A DNA stretch of 62,213 bases, filler included. It is 12 parts of 12 records of this genome, joined end to end, with 100 filler letters (N's around TTAATTAATTAA, not from the genome) between each part and the next. Parts side by side here need not be neighbours in the genome. Positions count along the whole stretch, not along the records: positions 57,486 to 62,213 come from SRR11831585_67; 11 more parts are not named here. One strand, given 5' to 3'. This document shows, piece after piece, positions 59,920-62,213 of the stretch; positions within the stretch are counted from its first letter, which is position 1, and every line of letters begins with the position of its first letter. The translations under genes and the position numbers were made by a program. The notes under the pieces were generated by a model. The model was not told the origin of the DNA. It searched no databases and worked only from the letters and a program-made list of their open reading frames with translations.

Positions 59920-61727
59920 TTACAACCGCGGTTGCTCTGCCGCCATCAGAATCACGGCTTTGCCAACCACGGTCCGGTCCCGCAGTGTCTCGAACGCCTT
60001 CTGCGCCTGCTGTATGGGAACCTGGCAGTGCACGTGCGGCACAAGTTTTCCCTCACTCGCCCACTGGCTCACTTGCTTGTGCAGTTGTGTGGCAAGCTCC
60101 GGTTCAGCCATCAGCTGTGCTCCTGCCCGCACTCCTACCAAACTGAACCCCTACGTCGCACGTTATACGGTGGTATCAGTCCGTAATATATGAATAAGGA
60201 CCACTGTGTACCAAGCACGGCACACATACAATGAGGGATACTGTAATTACCAGGTAAATAATGTGAATGGTTGAGTGCAGGAACGAAGCGCACCTTGATG
60301 AGGGCCATATTTACAGACAGCTTGGGGATAGTGCCGCTGGCAAATCCGATCACCAAAAGCCGTCCTTTCCCTTGGATCGAGATACAGCGCACACACTGGT
60401 CGAATATTTCGCCGCCCACCTGCACAGTACAGTTGATACACACGACTCAGTGAGAAAGTGCAGTTATCGTATGATGTTCATGTCAGTCACATGCTCAACA
60501 TAATCAGAGCTACTTGACAGACAACATCATCAACGTACTGATTCATAGATGACTTCACAGCCGCGACCATCCGTAATATCCTACGCAAACCAAATGTAAG
60601 AGTCAGAAAACAAAACAAACGCAGTCGCAAACAAACACCACCTAACGCTAACGAACCATCACCCGGTCTCTCATGTTTTCCGTGCGGCAGTTGATCACAT
60701 GATCGGCGCCCAGGGTGCGCAACACGGCAAGTTTCTTGTCATCACTGGCCGCCGCGATCACACGTGCACCCAATAGTCTCGCAACCTGTATAGCGGCAAC
60801 ACCCATGCCGCCAGCTGCGCCCGTCACCAGGACAGTCTCGTGCGCTTGCAAATGGCCCCTCTGCACAAGAGCGTGGTACGCCGTAACATAACTGTGCGAC
60901 GGACAAAAAAGATCAAATAAGAGACAGGAACACGAATAGACAATCGCGGCACAGACACCCACTGGCAGCTCACATGCAGCAGATATCGCTCAACAAAACT
61001 GCGCATCGTCTCAATCAAAGTCCACGCGACCCTCGCAGACGCACCCGACATGAAACCCAGCGCCCTGAGCGAACGACAAACATGCGGGCAGACGCGCACA
61101 AGCTCTGGCAGGGACCACAACCTCCTCAGAGGCAGCGCCGCCCGCCCACATATTAAACGCAACACGGTCGCCCACAGAAAGCGATGATACGTCGGAGCCG
61201 CACTCGACGATGACACCAGCACCCTCCGAACACTGATCGAGAAGCAGATGAGCCGATGAAAGCCACTACCGTCAATACACACGCCATATACACTCCGTAC
61301 GCACACGTATACATGCATGTACAGGTTGTGCAAATATGTTATGCACATACTGATACACATACTTACACTCACGCATATACTCCCACTCATACATATTTAC
61401 AAAGTTGCATACGCGACACATAACATTTCAGCGACGAAGTACAGGTGCACAGTTGTAGCGCAGAACAAGCGTACCACGACGAATGGGGTGGGCGGTTTTA
61501 CTTGATACTTTCCTTGCAGCATGAGGAGGTCTACACAACAACACAGTAAATAAGGCATCTGACAGCAAACATGTCATACCGAAGAAATTGACCGCGGCGG
61601 CATGAACGCGAATTCGAACTTCATCCGAGGACACCGACTGTAGCGAACGGGACTCGATGCGCAATTTGGCGATGCCATCTGCGGCAGATGAGGAAAGTTC
61701 AGGACAGACAACAACTTTTACAGACAT
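59920..61727 (-). CDS. NADPH:quinone oxidoreductase, MDR/zeta-crystallin family, 7 exons
   Basis: Exons 61727-61580, 61530-61475, 61232-61045, 60891-60657, 60580-60539, 60419-60294, 60150-59920; 341 aa; VNFFDLLMLQGKYQ, TAYHAL, VLVTGAAGGMG, IGFASG; ends PRL*. Confidence 0.9.
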
Positions 61728-61975
61728 AGCAGCGGCCTCTTACACCTACAAAACTGCTTGAACACTGCCAAAAAACACACGCGGACGCACACATGGTTTT
61801 ATTGCTTTTGCCCCTGTCAGACGAACACTGACAGGAAAATGGAAAATTTGCCGGTTACGAAAATCGCAAATGCCAAAGTAGTTCAAATTTTGCTGCGTTT
61901 TTCATCGTTTCACAAAGTTCAGAACAGGTGTACGTGAGCAAGCGGCGCTATATCGGTCCATTGCTTTCACAATCT

Positions 61976-62213
61976 ATGCATCATTCACCTAAACGACCTG
62001 CGAGCAGACTGAAATCAGCCCCATCCCTCGAAAACATTTTTCAACCTTGGCTGAGTACGGTGCTTTCAGATCATAAAGGGACTCATCCAGCTGCAGACGA
62101 TATTGACGAGATATTTAGCTATTATGCGAATGCCGGCGAGAGTTCTGGTTCTGATGTCATCTCGCACAACAACCTGTATCAACTATTGATCGATTGCCAG
62201 GTAATTACAGCCA
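61976..62213 (+). CDS. 5' end of a putative eukaryotic gene with p25alpha/EF-hand-like helices
   Basis: ATG at 61976, open to the window end (absent from the ORF track); ...IDEIFSYYANAGESSGSDVISHNNLYQLLIDCQ(VIT); possible splice donor at 62201. Confidence 0.45.
   Translation, partial: MHHSPKRPASRLKSAPSLENIFQPWLSTVLSDHKGTHPAADDIDEIFSYYANAGESSGSDVISHNNLYQLLIDCQVITA

Overview
This window is not one biological locus. It is a pseudo-scaffold of 12 unrelated contigs joined by 11 identical 100-nt spacers (N44-TTAATTAATTAA-N44). Eight contigs (about 48.4 kb) are Escherichia coli K-12-like DNA: lacA-cynXS; IS1 end-yjhUFGHI-sgcREA; eutSPQTDMNEJG; glaH-lhgD-gabDT; cusBA-pheP-ybdG-nfsB-ybdFJK-hokE-IS186 end; ftsH-folP-glmM-secG-leuU-yhbX-argG-metY; yfcL-epmC-yfcA-mepA-aroC; artQMJ. 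Four contigs (about 12.7 kb: 19307-22005, 37300-40200, 52473-54860, 57486-62213) come from a gene-dense, intron-rich microbial eukaryote, and the ORF track misses most of their genes. Manual splicing, with every intron GT-AG and all phases consistent, recovers an OCA2/P-protein-like transporter, a p22phox/NoxD homolog, 40S protein eS12, a nucleus-encoded mitochondrion-targeted C-terminal fragment of Cox1 (Cox1-c), FANCL, a CorA-like gene, a compact Dus and a quinone oxidoreductase ending in a PTS1-like tripeptide. Single-exon segments add a GST terminal exon, an orphan intronless ORF and a possible p25alpha-like gene start. The best reading is an unplaced bin of a protist assembly contaminated with E. 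coli (food or cloning host). All family and gene calls are by recognition of sequence; no database search was run. I found no demonstrably novel system; the strongest leads are in the eukaryotic contigs.
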